DNA from: Gemmatimonadales bacterium
GTDB taxonomy: Bacteria > Gemmatimonadota > Gemmatimonadetes > Gemmatimonadales > GWC2-71-9
Direction: 5' to 3'
DNA length: 64,000 nt
NCBI GenBank assembly: GCA_036397755.1
Contig: DASWII010000009.1
Span: 22,233-86,232 of the forward strand
Position numbers and translations under genes: made by a program. Positions within the stretch are counted from its first letter, which is position 1. Each line of letters starts with the position of its first letter. The notes below the pieces were generated by a model. That model was given only the letters and a program-made list of their open reading frames with translations. It ran no database searches and had not been told where the DNA came from. Below, piece after piece: positions 1 through 9,817 of this stretch.

Positions 1-1
1 A

Positions 2-331
2 ATGGCGAGCGGCCGGGCCACGGCCGCCGGGGTGCGTGAGGAGCGCATCGTGCTGGATCCTGGTCTGGGGTTTGCCAAGACTCCGGAGCAGAGCGTGCTC
101 GCGCTGCAGTCCGTTGGTGCGATGGTCGCGCTGGGGCGACCGGTCATGCTGGGGCCCTCGCGCAAGCGGTTCCTTGGCGCGCTCACGGGGCGGGATGTGG
201 AGGATCGCGACGTCGCCACGGCCGTGGCGTGTGCCGCCGGGTTCGCCCTTGGGGCGCGTCTGTTCCGGGTCCACGCGCCGGGCCCCACGCGTGATGCGCT
301 GGCGGTGGCACGCGCGGTGTGGGGGGCGTGA
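2..331 (+). CDS. folP: dihydropteroate synthase, C-terminal fragment (5' end lies outside the window)
   Basis: The ORF is open to the window edge. 'LDPGLGFAKT', 'GPSRKRFLG' and 'FRVH' match the conserved C-terminal part of the DHPS barrel. Confidence 0.85.
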   Translation: MASGRATAAGVREERIVLDPGLGFAKTPEQSVLALQSVGAMVALGRPVMLGPSRKRFLGALTGRDVEDRDVATAVACAAGFALGARLFRVHAPGPTRDALAVARAVWGA

Positions 332-1134
332 TGTCATTCGAGCAGCTGCGGTTCTTGATCCCCGGCGCGTGGGATCTCGTCGAGATCCTCATTGTGGCGT
401 ACGTGATTTACCGGTTGCTGCTGTTCCTGGCCGGCACGCGGGCGCTGCAGATTCTCGTGGGACTAGTGATTCTGGGAGTCGTGTACTTCGGGGCGGTGCT
501 GCTGCGGTTCACGATGATCACCACGCTGCTCGGGTTTGTGTTTGCCTACGGGGTGTTTGCGGCGATCGTCGTCTTCCAGCCGGAGCTAAGACATGCGCTC
601 GCCCGGCTCGGACGGTCGCGCTTCGTGCGGCTGTTCGCGACCGCCGGCCAGGATGCCGTCGCGGATGCGGTGGCCGACGCGGTCGGCCGTCTGTCGCGCG
701 ACGGCAACGGCGCGATCCTCGTCGTCGAAGGTGAGATGACACTCGGGGATTATCTCGAGACCGGTACGGAGATGCGGGCGGGAGTCTCGTCGGACCTGCT
801 GGCGACGATCTTCACTCCGTACTCGCCCTTGCACGACGGGGCGGTGATCATCCGCGGCGATCAGATCATCGGCGCCGGCTGCGTGCTTCCACTCACGCAA
901 TTCCCGGTGACCGACAAATCCCTGGGGACTCGGCACCGCGCCGCGCTCGGGCTCTCCGAAGAAACGGACGCCACCATCGTCGTCGTGTCCGAAGAAACCA
1001 CGCAGATCTCCGTGGCGTTCCGCGGGATGCTGCGTCGTGCCGTGACGCCGGACCAGGTTCGGGAAATGCTGGTGCGTCGGCAGATCGCAGACCTTGCGCT
1101 CGCGCCGATGAGTGACGAGCCTTCTCCCGCCTGA
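331..1134 (+). CDS. cdaA: diadenylate cyclase (c-di-AMP synthase), CdaA/DacA type
   Basis: N-terminal hydrophobic helices, then DAC-domain motifs 'PLHDGAVII' and 'GTRHRAALGLSEETDATIVVVSEET'. ATG 331 overlaps the folP stop (TGATG). The ORF track starts at GTG 319. Confidence 0.88.
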   Translation: MSFEQLRFLIPGAWDLVEILIVAYVIYRLLLFLAGTRALQILVGLVILGVVYFGAVLLRFTMITTLLGFVFAYGVFAAIVVFQPELRHALARLGRSRFVRLFATAGQDAVADAVADAVGRLSRDGNGAILVVEGEMTLGDYLETGTEMRAGVSSDLLATIFTPYSPLHDGAVIIRGDQIIGAGCVLPLTQFPVTDKSLGTRHRAALGLSEETDATIVVVSEETTQISVAFRGMLRRAVTPDQVREMLVRRQIADLALAPMSDEPSPA

Positions 1135-1142
1135 AACAGGAC

Positions 1143-3638
1143 GTGCCGGCGTCAATGGAACGTGGAGTGACCATGTCGGCGGGTGGGCAACAGCGCCTCG
1201 AGTTTCGCGTGGCGCTGTTCGTGTTTGCCGTCGTGCTGGGCGGCTACCTCTGGACGCTGGCGCCATCCGTCACGTTCTGGGATGCCGGCGAGTTGATCGC
1301 GGCCACCAAGATCCTCGGTGTTCCGCACCCGCCGGGTACCCCCTTATTCGTGCTGATCGGCCACGTGTGGGGCACCCTGGTCCCGCTGGGCGAGTTCGCA
1401 TTTCGGACGAACCTGATGACGGCGATCTTCAGCGCCGGGGCCGCCACGCTGTTCTTCCTGTTGGTGGCGCAGGCGCTCCGCGGCGGTCCCGAGCATGCCC
1501 GCGACGACGGAGAAGTCGATCGCACGTTCGTTCTTGGTGGGGCCGCAGCCGCCGCCGTGATGTCGGCGTTCGCGTTCACGGTGTGGCAGAATTCCAACGA
1601 AACCGAAGTCTACATGGTGGCGACGCTGTCGATCGCCGGCGTGTCGTGGCTGGCCTGGCTCTGGCGGCGGGCGCGGGGGACGGAACGCGCGGCACACATT
1701 CTCCTGCTCATCGTGTACGTCGCCGCGCTGTCGATCGGCAACCACCTGCTGACGCTGTTGGTCGGGCCCGCGCTGCTGGGCTTCATGTGGCACGTGTTGC
1801 GGTCTGCGCCCCTGGCCAGTGAGCAGGATCGGCGGGTTGAATGGGGGCAGTGGCTCGTGGTCACGGCGGTGTGGGTCCTGCTGATCGGCGTCGGGTTGGG
1901 CAAGGTGCCGATGATCGTGGGCGGGTTGCTGTTTCTGGTGGCGACCGCGTACGCGCTGTCGGTGGGCGCCGGGACGTTCGCCCTCACGGTACTGGCCATC
2001 GCGTTCGTCGGGGCGTCGACGTACTTCTTCCTGTTCCTGCGTGCGCATGCCGGCCCGATGATCAACGAGGCCGACCCGTCTACGTGGGAGAACCTGCTGA
2101 GTGTGGTGTGGCGCGAGCAGTATCCCCCGCGCTCTCCGATCGACAACCCGATCTACACGACCCGCGATACGGACGCGATCGAGCGTATCGGCGCGTTCAT
2201 CACCTGCTTACCGCGATTCGTCGACGGTCCCGTACCTTCGCGGGAATCGATGATCGGCATCCCACCGTGCTACACGGTGCGCAGCATCCCGCTGATGCTG
2301 CGGCAGATCCAGAACTACCTGCAATATTTCGATTGGCAGTGGTCCAGTGGACTCGCCCCGACGCAGCCCGTATTCGCCGCGGTGCGACTGCCCATCACGG
2401 TCGCCTTCATTTCGCTGGGGGTGTACGGCGGGGCGGTGCTGAAGCGGCGCGATGCCTCGGTGTTCTGGCTGCTCGTGTTGCTGTTCCTCATCACTGGCCC
2501 CGGGCTCGTGGGTTACATGAACTTCAAGCCGGGGTTTTCGCTGGCGTGGGACAAGTTCCCCACCATAAGCATGCATGAGGTGCGCGAGCGGGATTACTTC
2601 TTTACGGTGTCGTTTCAGGTGTGGGGACTGTTGGTGGGCATCGGTGCGGCTGGGCTCTACCGGATGTTGCGCGCGCGCGCTGTTCCGCTGGCCGCCTCAC
2701 GCGCCGTGTTTGCGGTGGCGGCCATCCCGTTCGTGCTCAACTGGAATGCCGCTAGTCGCCGCCACGGCCCCGACGCGCTGCTCGCGCGCGACTTTGCCTA
2801 TGACCTGCTGCAGTCAGCGGAGCCCTATGGGATCATCTTCACGAACGGTGATAATGACACGTTCCCCCTCTGGTATCTCCAGGAGGTCGAGGAAGTACGG
2901 CAGGACGTCGCCGTGGTCAACCTCTCCCTCGGGAACACCGACTGGTATCTGAGGCAATTGCGCGACAACCCGCCGCGGGCCTTCGATCCAGCGCAGGCGC
3001 CGTGGTACGCCGACGGGGCCCCGGCGATGCCGACCGCTCCGCTGCACAGTATGACGGATGAACAAATCGGCGGGCTGACCGCGCGTCTGCTCCAGCGCCC
3101 CCTCGCGGTGCGGTTTGGCGAGGTTTCGATCGACCTGCCGGCCAACACGCCGTTGTATGTCAAGGATTTCCTGGTCCTCCGACTCATCCAGGAGAACTGG
3201 AACCGCCGCCCGATCTATTTCAGCATGACGGCTGGGAGCGACAACTGGCTCGGGACCGCACCGTATCTCACGCAACAAGGGTTGACGTTCCGCTTGCACG
3301 CGGACGCTCCGCCCGACTCGTCACGGCTCGCGCCCGGCTTGTTCGGTGTGCCGATGGATCTCCCGCGCACCGACTCGCTGGTGTGGCACGTGTTCCGCTA
3401 CGCCGATCTCCTGAGTCAGGACACCCTGACCTTGGATCCGACCAGCCGCAACATCGCCATCAACCTGAGTTACCCTTTCTACGCACTCGGCAACGTGTAT
3501 GAACTGACCGGCGATCGCACGCGCGCGATCGAAAACCTGCGGCGTGGGCATCTGCTGCAGCCGAATCAGCAGATGCTGGATTTGCTGCGCAGTCTCGAAA
3601 ACAGTCTCGCCCCCGCGCCGGATACCGTCATCCCCTGA
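1143..3638 (+). CDS. DUF2723/TMEM260-like polytopic membrane glycosyltransferase-family protein with a TPR-like C-terminus
   Basis: 831 aa with many hydrophobic helices. The N-terminal 'PSVTFWDAGELIAA..GVPHPPGTPLF' motif is typical of DUF2723. The soluble C-terminal part has the TPR-like 'YALGNVYELTGDRTRAIENL'. Confidence 0.72.
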   Translation: MPASMERGVTMSAGGQQRLEFRVALFVFAVVLGGYLWTLAPSVTFWDAGELIAATKILGVPHPPGTPLFVLIGHVWGTLVPLGEFAFRTNLMTAIFSAGAATLFFLLVAQALRGGPEHARDDGEVDRTFVLGGAAAAAVMSAFAFTVWQNSNETEVYMVATLSIAGVSWLAWLWRRARGTERAAHILLLIVYVAALSIGNHLLTLLVGPALLGFMWHVLRSAPLASEQDRRVEWGQWLVVTAVWVLLIGVGLGKVPMIVGGLLFLVATAYALSVGAGTFALTVLAIAFVGASTYFFLFLRAHAGPMINEADPSTWENLLSVVWREQYPPRSPIDNPIYTTRDTDAIERIGAFITCLPRFVDGPVPSRESMIGIPPCYTVRSIPLMLRQIQNYLQYFDWQWSSGLAPTQPVFAAVRLPITVAFISLGVYGGAVLKRRDASVFWLLVLLFLITGPGLVGYMNFKPGFSLAWDKFPTISMHEVRERDYFFTVSFQVWGLLVGIGAAGLYRMLRARAVPLAASRAVFAVAAIPFVLNWNAASRRHGPDALLARDFAYDLLQSAEPYGIIFTNGDNDTFPLWYLQEVEEVRQDVAVVNLSLGNTDWYLRQLRDNPPRAFDPAQAPWYADGAPAMPTAPLHSMTDEQIGGLTARLLQRPLAVRFGEVSIDLPANTPLYVKDFLVLRLIQENWNRRPIYFSMTAGSDNWLGTAPYLTQQGLTFRLHADAPPDSSRLAPGLFGVPMDLPRTDSLVWHVFRYADLLSQDTLTLDPTSRNIAINLSYPFYALGNVYELTGDRTRAIENLRRGHLLQPNQQMLDLLRSLENSLAPAPDTVIP

Positions 3639-3652
3639 CCTTCACCGCGTCA

Positions 3653-3681
3653 TTGTAGGCTCCGAGAGCACGCGCTAACTT
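3653..3681 (+). promoter_or_regulatory. possible promoter of yggS (TTGTAG-17-TAACTT)
   Basis: 51-nt gap after the DUF2723 gene. The -10 ends 8 nt before ATG 3690, with no SD. Confidence 0.25.
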
Positions 3682-3689
3682 TACAAGCT

Positions 3690-4385
3690 ATGAGTTTCCA
3701 GGACCTCGCGGAGCGGATCGGGCGAGTGCGCGATGATATCGCCGCCATCCAGCGCCGCGAGGGACTTGCGGGTGCGGTGCGGATCGTCGCCGTGACCAAG
3801 GGACATCCGCCCGCCGCGGTGGCGGCCGTGGCGGCGGCGGGCATTCCCGATGTCGGTGAGAATCGGGTGCACGAAGCGCTCCACAAGCAGGAGCAACTCA
3901 CGGGGTTGACCGTGCAGTGGCACTTGATCGGTCATGTGCAGACGAACAAGGCCAAGCTGGTTCCGGGTCGGTTCGCGCTCGTGCACTCGGTGGATTCGAC
4001 GCGCCTGGGAGCGGCACTGGCCAAGGCGGCGGTGGCGCACGCGCCGGGTGGTCGGCTCGCGGTGCTCGTGCAGGTCAACGTCGCGCGGGAGGATCAGAAG
4101 AGCGGTTGCGCACCGGAGTCGCTCGGCGACGTGCTTGGCGAGCTTGGCACGCACGGGAATCTCGACGTGTGCGGCCTGATGACAATGGCACCGTTCACCG
4201 ACGACGAGCAGGTGCAGCGTCGGGTATTCGCGGCGCTGCGGGAGTTACGGGACCGGCACCAAACGCCGACCTGTTCGCTGCCGGAGCTTTCGATGGGGAT
4301 GTCGGGTGACTATCCAGCCGCGGTGGCGGAGGGGGCCACGCTGCTGCGGCTTGGAACCGTGCTGCTTGGAGAACGACCGCAATGA
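3690..4385 (+). CDS. yggS: YggS/YlmE-family pyridoxal-phosphate homeostasis protein
   Basis: 'VAVTKGHP', 'DVGENRVHEA', 'WHLIGHVQTNK' and 'LSMGMSGDY' are YggS-family motifs. Confidence 0.9.
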   Translation: MSFQDLAERIGRVRDDIAAIQRREGLAGAVRIVAVTKGHPPAAVAAVAAAGIPDVGENRVHEALHKQEQLTGLTVQWHLIGHVQTNKAKLVPGRFALVHSVDSTRLGAALAKAAVAHAPGGRLAVLVQVNVAREDQKSGCAPESLGDVLGELGTHGNLDVCGLMTMAPFTDDEQVQRRVFAALRELRDRHQTPTCSLPELSMGMSGDYPAAVAEGATLLRLGTVLLGERPQ

Positions 4386-4882
4386 ACGACGAGGCGTTTC
4401 GGCTGACACCGGCCGACATTCGACAACAGGAGTTCCGCAAAGCCTTCACGGGGTATGATCACGCCGTCGTCGAAGAGTTCCGCCAACGCGTTGCCGACGA
4501 ACTCGAGCGCGTGCTCATGGAACGGGCGCAACTGGAGGAGCGGATCCAAGGCCTGCGGGAGCAACTCAAGTCGTTCCGCGAACGGGAAAAGGCGCTGAAC
4601 GATGCGGTCGTGGTTGCGCAGCAGCTCAGAGAGGAGACGGCCCAGGCCGCCCAGCGCGAGCGTGAGGTCGTGCTGCGCGAGGCCAAGTTGCAGGCCGAGG
4701 GCCTGCTCGGGGAGGCACGGAAGGCGGAGGCGGAGGTGCGGGTCGATATCGCAGCGGCGCAGCGTCAGTTCACGGGGTATGTGGCGGCGTTCCGGCAACT
4801 CCTGCTGCGGAGGCTGGCGGAGCTCGACGCCTTGGCCGAGCACGAGAGCGACGGCAGCGCTCCCGATGGGAGCCACGCGTGA
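4382..4882 (+). CDS. divIVA: DivIVA-domain cell-division/polarity protein
   Basis: N-terminal 'LTPADIRQQEFRKAFTGYDHAVVEEF' followed by a long coiled coil. ATGA overlap with yggS. Confidence 0.85.
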   Translation: MNDEAFRLTPADIRQQEFRKAFTGYDHAVVEEFRQRVADELERVLMERAQLEERIQGLREQLKSFREREKALNDAVVVAQQLREETAQAAQREREVVLREAKLQAEGLLGEARKAEAEVRVDIAAAQRQFTGYVAAFRQLLLRRLAELDALAEHESDGSAPDGSHA

Positions 4883-5706
4883 CCGGGGAGCGCGCGTCGG
4901 TCGCGGACGCCGTGCGAGCCGTGCGATCGCTGACCGACTGGGAGCCGGAGGTCGCCCTCGTGCTGGGGACGGGGTTGGGGGCGCTCGCGGAAGAGATCGA
5001 GACGGTGGCGGAACTCGCCTACGCCGCGATTCCCGGCTTTCCCGAGCCGACGGTCGAGAGTCATGCGGGTCGACTGCTGCTGGGCACATTGGGCGGTCGC
5101 CGCGTCGTGGCGATGCAGGGAAGATTCCATCGCTACGAAGGCTACCGCCTCGATCAGGTGACGTTTCCGGTCCGGGTCATGCGCGCCTTGGGCGCGCGCG
5201 TCCTCGTCGTATCGGGGGCGTGTGGGGGGATGCATCCGCTGTGGCAGCCGGGCGATTTGGTGCTGATCGCGGATCACATCAACCTGCTCGGTGACAATCC
5301 GCTCATCGGACCGAACGACGACAACCTCGGGCCGCGCTTTCCGGACATGTCGCGGCCGTACGATGACGACCTGCGCCGACTGGCCCGCGAGGCAGCGCGC
5401 GCGCGTGGCCAGGTGCTGCGTGAAGGCGTGTACGTGGCCGTGACCGGCCCGAGCCTCGAAACGCCGGCGGAGTACCGCATGCTTCGGGCGACCGGTGCGG
5501 ATGTCGTCGGGATGTCAACCGTGCCGGAGGTGATCGTTGCGGTGCACGCGGGGATGCGGGTGCTTGGGATCACGATCATCACCGACCAGTGCCTACCTGA
5601 CGCGCTGGAGCCCGCCGACGTGGCGACGATCATCGCCACGGCGCGGCGCGCCGAGCCTGGGCTCACAGCACTCGTGACGGACGTGCTGCGGCGGATTCCG
5701 GCGTGA
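4879..5706 (+). CDS. punA: purine nucleoside phosphorylase (trimeric PNP/MTAP family)
   Basis: 'GRLLLGTLGGRRVVAMQGRFHRYEGY' and 'VGMSTVPEVIVA'. GTGA overlap with divIVA. Confidence 0.85.
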   Translation: MTGERASVADAVRAVRSLTDWEPEVALVLGTGLGALAEEIETVAELAYAAIPGFPEPTVESHAGRLLLGTLGGRRVVAMQGRFHRYEGYRLDQVTFPVRVMRALGARVLVVSGACGGMHPLWQPGDLVLIADHINLLGDNPLIGPNDDNLGPRFPDMSRPYDDDLRRLAREAARARGQVLREGVYVAVTGPSLETPAEYRMLRATGADVVGMSTVPEVIVAVHAGMRVLGITIITDQCLPDALEPADVATIIATARRAEPGLTALVTDVLRRIPA

Positions 5707-8700
5707 CCTTCCCTCCACTTCCGACCGGGTCAGCGGTCGAACTGGAGTTGCAGGTGCTCGCGCAGTGGAAGGCCGAGGACCTGTTCCAACGCACGTTGCA
5801 CGCGACACGGGACGGCGAGCCTTTCGTCTTCTACGAGGGCCCCCCGACGGCAAACGGCCGGCCGGGCATCCATCACGTGTTCGCGCGGACGCTCAAGGAC
5901 ATGGTGTGTCGCTTTCGTGCGATGCACGGGCGGGCCGTCACGCGCATCGCGGGCTGGGATACGCATGGGTTACCTGTCGAGATCGAGGTCGAGAAGGCGC
6001 TGGCGATCGCCGGCAAGGCGGACATCGAGGCGTTGGGCGTGGCTGAGTTCAACCGCCGATGCCGTGAGAGCGTGTTCCGGTACAAGACGGATTGGGAGAA
6101 CCTGTCGGAACGAATCGGGTATTGGCTCGACTATTCGAAACCGTACGTCACCTATTCCAACGAGTACATCGAGAGCGTGTGGTGGCTCCTCCGCCAGCTC
6201 GCCGAGCGCGGTCTCCTCTATCGGGGCCACAAGGTGTTGCCCTATTGCCCACGATGCGGTACGGCGCTGTCGAGCCACGAGCTCGCGCTCGGCTACGCGC
6301 CGCATCGATCGCCGTCGATTTACGTCTTGTTCCGGCTGATTGACGATGAGGAGCGTTCCCTCCTCGTGTGGACGACGACCCCGTGGACGCTGCCGTCGAA
6401 CATCGCGATCGCCGTCCATCCCGACTTTCGCTACGGAGAATACGAGGTGGACGGGCGGCGGGTGATCGTGGAGGAGACCATCGCCGCCACGCTCACGGTG
6501 CCGGGTGCCACGCACGGGGAACCGATCGGGACCTTCCCGCGGGTCGGGGTATGGCGCGGACGGGAACTCGTGGGACGTCGCTACGCGCAGCTGCTGGATG
6601 CGGTGCCGGTCAATCCCGAGCGGGCGTTTCGCGTCGTGGCGGGAGAGTTCGTCACGCGGGAAGAAGGGAGTGGGCTCGTCCACATGGCGCCGGCGTTCGG
6701 GGCGGACGACTACGCGACGATCCGGCGAGACGAGCTCGCGTTCGTCAACCCCGTGGATACGGCCGGGCGGTTTACCGACACGGGCTGGGATGCCATCAAT
6801 GGGGTCTCGGTGTTCGATGCGAACCCGATCATCGCGGAGCGCCTCGGCGCCGAGCAGAAGCTGTTCGGTCGGTATCAACCGGACGGCCACGAGCACTCGT
6901 ATCCGTTCTGCTGGCGCTGCGATGCACCGCTGATCTACTACGCACGCGAATCCTGGTTCGTGCGGACGACGGCATTCCGGGATCAGATGATGGCGCACAA
7001 CGACGCCGTGGACTGGAACCCGGCCGAGGTCGGGACCGGTCGGTTCGGTGAATGGCTCGAGAACAACGTGGACTGGGCGCTCTCGCGAGATCGCTATTGG
7101 GGTACGCCCATGCCGGTGTGGGTGTGCGATGCCCATGAGGAGCACCACGAGGTCGTGGGGTCCTATGCCCGGCTCGCCGAGCGATGGGGACAGCCGCTGG
7201 CGGACGACTTCGACGCGCACAAGCCGTTCATCGACGAGATCGTGTTCCCGTGCGACGTTGCCGGCTGCCGGGGCACGATGCGGCGCGTACCGGAGGTGAT
7301 CGATGCCTGGTTCGACTCCGGCGCCATGCCCGCCGCGCAATGGCACTATCCGTTCGAGAACCGCGAGGAGTTCACGCGACACTTTCCGGCGGACTACGTC
7401 TGCGAAGGCCTGGATCAGACGCGCGGGTGGTTCTACTCGTTGCTTGCCATCGCGGTCGGCGTGTTCGACCGCACGGCCTACCGGCATGTCATCGTCAACG
7501 GCCTGCTCTTGGACAAGGACGGACGCAAGATGTCCAAGCGGCTGGGCAATGCCGTCGACCCGTGGGAGGTGGTGGAGGAGTTCGGTGCGGATGCGGTTCG
7601 CCTCTACCTGCTCGCGTCGAGTCAAGTGTGGTTGCCGAAGCGGTTCGACCGCTCGACCATCCCGGAAGCGGCCGGGGGGTTCCTGAATCGCTTGCGCAAC
7701 ACCTATGGGTTCTTCGCCCTCTATGCCGGTGCGTGGGACCCCGGGACCTCGGTACCGCTGGAGCACCGTCCCCTCGTGGATCGCTGGCTGGCGACGCGAT
7801 TGGGCGCGGTGGTGCGCGCGGTGCATGACGCCTGGGACGCCTACGATATGACGACCGGCGTCCGTGCATTGATGGACTTCTGTGACCACGACCTGTCCAA
7901 CTGGTACGTGCGCATCAATCGCTCGCGGTTCTGGGCGCCCGATGCCGATGCGGACCCGGCGGCGCTCGCGACGCTGTATGAGGCGATGCACGTCGTGAGC
8001 CGCCTCTTGGCGCCGGCGGCCCCGTTCCTGAGCGACGCCTTGTTTCGCCGCCTGACCGGTGACTCCGTTCACCTCGCGTCGTTCCCGCGACCGCGAGGGC
8101 CGGCCGACCCAGCCCTGGAGCCCGCGATGGACGCTGTGCGCCGGCTGGCCACGTTGGCCCGGGCCGCCCGCGAGCGCGCGGGGTTGCGGGTGCGCCAGCC
8201 GCTCGGCGCGATGAAGGTGGCGGTGCCCGCTGCGGTGCGGGGTCCCGCGTTCGACGAGTTTGTCGGACTCCTGAGCCGCGAAGTGAACGTGAAGTCGATC
8301 GAGGTGACGGGCTCCGATACGGAACTCGTGGAGCTGCGGGGCAGGCCGAACTTCCGCTCGTTGGGCAAGGTGTACGGCAAATCCACCCCCGCCGCGGCAG
8401 CGGCGACGAAGGAGCTCCGTGCGGACCACCTGCGACAACTCGAGGGCGGGACCGCGGTGGTGATCGCCGCCGCCGACGGGGTCACCTACTCCTACCAGCC
8501 CGAGGACGTGGTGGTGGAACGCGCAGTGCTCACGGACTGGTTGGTGCAGAGCGATGGTCCATTCGTCATAGCCCTGGATCCGACCGTGACGCCCGCGCTC
8601 GCGTCGGAAGGTGTCGCGCGGGAAATCGTCAATCGGGTGCAAAGGCTGCGCAAAGACGCCGGATACGATTACAATACGCGGATTGCGGTGAGCTTCTCCG

Positions 8701-8900
8701 GGCCGGACGAGGTCCTGCAGGCCGCCGTGACGCACGAAGGATTCATTGCCCGTGAAACACTCGCGCGGCGTGTCGCGATCGGGGAGGACCTCGGATCCTT
8801 TGACGCGCGCCAGGTGGTGGAAGTCCAGGGCCAAACCGTAGCGATTGCCGTGCAGCGCGTGACCGACGCCGAGGCGGCCGAATCTGAGATGGAGCTATGA
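5703..8900 (+). CDS. ileS: isoleucine--tRNA ligase (long, type-2-like)
   Basis: 1065 aa with HIGH region 'PPTANGRPGIHHV' and 'KMSKRLGN'. GTGA overlap with the upstream gene. Confidence 0.97.
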   Translation: MTFPPLPTGSAVELELQVLAQWKAEDLFQRTLHATRDGEPFVFYEGPPTANGRPGIHHVFARTLKDMVCRFRAMHGRAVTRIAGWDTHGLPVEIEVEKALAIAGKADIEALGVAEFNRRCRESVFRYKTDWENLSERIGYWLDYSKPYVTYSNEYIESVWWLLRQLAERGLLYRGHKVLPYCPRCGTALSSHELALGYAPHRSPSIYVLFRLIDDEERSLLVWTTTPWTLPSNIAIAVHPDFRYGEYEVDGRRVIVEETIAATLTVPGATHGEPIGTFPRVGVWRGRELVGRRYAQLLDAVPVNPERAFRVVAGEFVTREEGSGLVHMAPAFGADDYATIRRDELAFVNPVDTAGRFTDTGWDAINGVSVFDANPIIAERLGAEQKLFGRYQPDGHEHSYPFCWRCDAPLIYYARESWFVRTTAFRDQMMAHNDAVDWNPAEVGTGRFGEWLENNVDWALSRDRYWGTPMPVWVCDAHEEHHEVVGSYARLAERWGQPLADDFDAHKPFIDEIVFPCDVAGCRGTMRRVPEVIDAWFDSGAMPAAQWHYPFENREEFTRHFPADYVCEGLDQTRGWFYSLLAIAVGVFDRTAYRHVIVNGLLLDKDGRKMSKRLGNAVDPWEVVEEFGADAVRLYLLASSQVWLPKRFDRSTIPEAAGGFLNRLRNTYGFFALYAGAWDPGTSVPLEHRPLVDRWLATRLGAVVRAVHDAWDAYDMTTGVRALMDFCDHDLSNWYVRINRSRFWAPDADADPAALATLYEAMHVVSRLLAPAAPFLSDALFRRLTGDSVHLASFPRPRGPADPALEPAMDAVRRLATLARAARERAGLRVRQPLGAMKVAVPAAVRGPAFDEFVGLLSREVNVKSIEVTGSDTELVELRGRPNFRSLGKVYGKSTPAAAAATKELRADHLRQLEGGTAVVIAAADGVTYSYQPEDVVVERAVLTDWLVQSDGPFVIALDPTVTPALASEGVAREIVNRVQRLRKDAGYDYNTRIAVSFSGPDEVLQAAVTHEGFIARETLARRVAIGEDLGSFDARQVVEVQGQTVAIAVQRVTDAEAAESEMEL

Positions 8901-9280
8901 ACAAGAAGAAGCTGGCACACTTGGAAAAGCGACTGCTGGAGGAGCGGGCCCGCGTGATCAAGGAGCTCGGTCATTACGACGAGCAGTTCAACGGGACCCT
9001 GCAGGCGTCGGACGGCGACCTTTCCTCCTACTCGTTCCACATGGCCGATCAGGGCACGGATGCCATGGAGCGAGAGAAGCAGTTCCTGTTCGCGTCCAAG
9101 GAGGGACGATACCTCTGGCACGTGAACGAAGCCTTGCGACGCCTGTATCAGGCGCCCGAGCAGTTCGGGACATGTCAGGAGTGCGGAGAAGAGATCGGAT
9201 TCGAGCGGCTCGACGCGCTTCCCCACGCGCGCCTCTGCATCAACTGCAAGGCGAAGGAAGAGGATGACAAGCGGAGCTAG
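8897..9280 (+). CDS. DksA/TraR-family C4 zinc-finger protein (YlyA-like position)
   Basis: 'CQECGEEIGFERLDALPHARLCINCK' is a C4 zinc finger. ATGA overlap with ileS. Lies between ileS and lspA, as ylyA does in Bacillus. Confidence 0.8.
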   Translation: MNKKKLAHLEKRLLEERARVIKELGHYDEQFNGTLQASDGDLSSYSFHMADQGTDAMEREKQFLFASKEGRYLWHVNEALRRLYQAPEQFGTCQECGEEIGFERLDALPHARLCINCKAKEEDDKRS

Positions 9281-9806
9281 GCGCCCGGTGTTCTGGGCGA
9301 TTCTCGCGTCGGTCGTCGTCTCGGACTTCATCACCAAACAAATCGCCGTCGCCGCGCTGACGGGGCGTCCGCCGGTGCATATCGCCGGAGACTGGCTGCT
9401 GTTTCGACTGGTGTACAATCCCGGGGCGGCGTTTGGCGTGAACGTCGGGGAGCATTCGCGGTGGGTGTTCATGCTGCTGGCGCTGGTGGCCTTGGCCGTA
9501 CTCGGGTCGATGGTGCACCGGACCCTCCAGGCGCAATGGGTACGCCTCGTGGCGCTCGGATTGGTGTGTGGTGGGGCGCTGGGCAATCTGATCGACCGCG
9601 TCCGAAGCGCGCGCGGCGTGGTCGATTTCATCGACGTGTATATCGGCCCCCTGCACTGGCCGACCTTCAACGTGGCCGACATGTCGGTCTCCTGTGGTGC
9701 CGTCGCGCTTGCCGTGATCCTCTGGCAGGAGGGTCATCATCCCGAGACGGCGGCGGTCGTCGACCCTGAGAGGTCGGAGAGTCTGGGGCACGCCTCCGAG
9801 GCCTGA
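9264..9806 (+). CDS. lspA: lipoprotein signal peptidase (SPase II)
   Basis: 'YNPGAAFG', 'GNLIDR' and 'FNVADMS' with four hydrophobic segments. The start could instead be GTG 9288. Confidence 0.9.
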   Translation: MTSGARRPVFWAILASVVVSDFITKQIAVAALTGRPPVHIAGDWLLFRLVYNPGAAFGVNVGEHSRWVFMLLALVALAVLGSMVHRTLQAQWVRLVALGLVCGGALGNLIDRVRSARGVVDFIDVYIGPLHWPTFNVADMSVSCGAVALAVILWQEGHHPETAAVVDPERSESLGHASEA

Positions 9807-9817
9807 CGATTCCGACG

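Noticed and set aside
5970-8834. 954-aa ORF on the minus strand, antisense to ileS
   Set aside because: Its translation is Arg/Pro/Gly-rich and low-complexity, with no recognisable motifs. It exactly shadows a confidently identified gene. Long antisense open frames are expected in DNA this GC-rich because stop codons are AT-rich.
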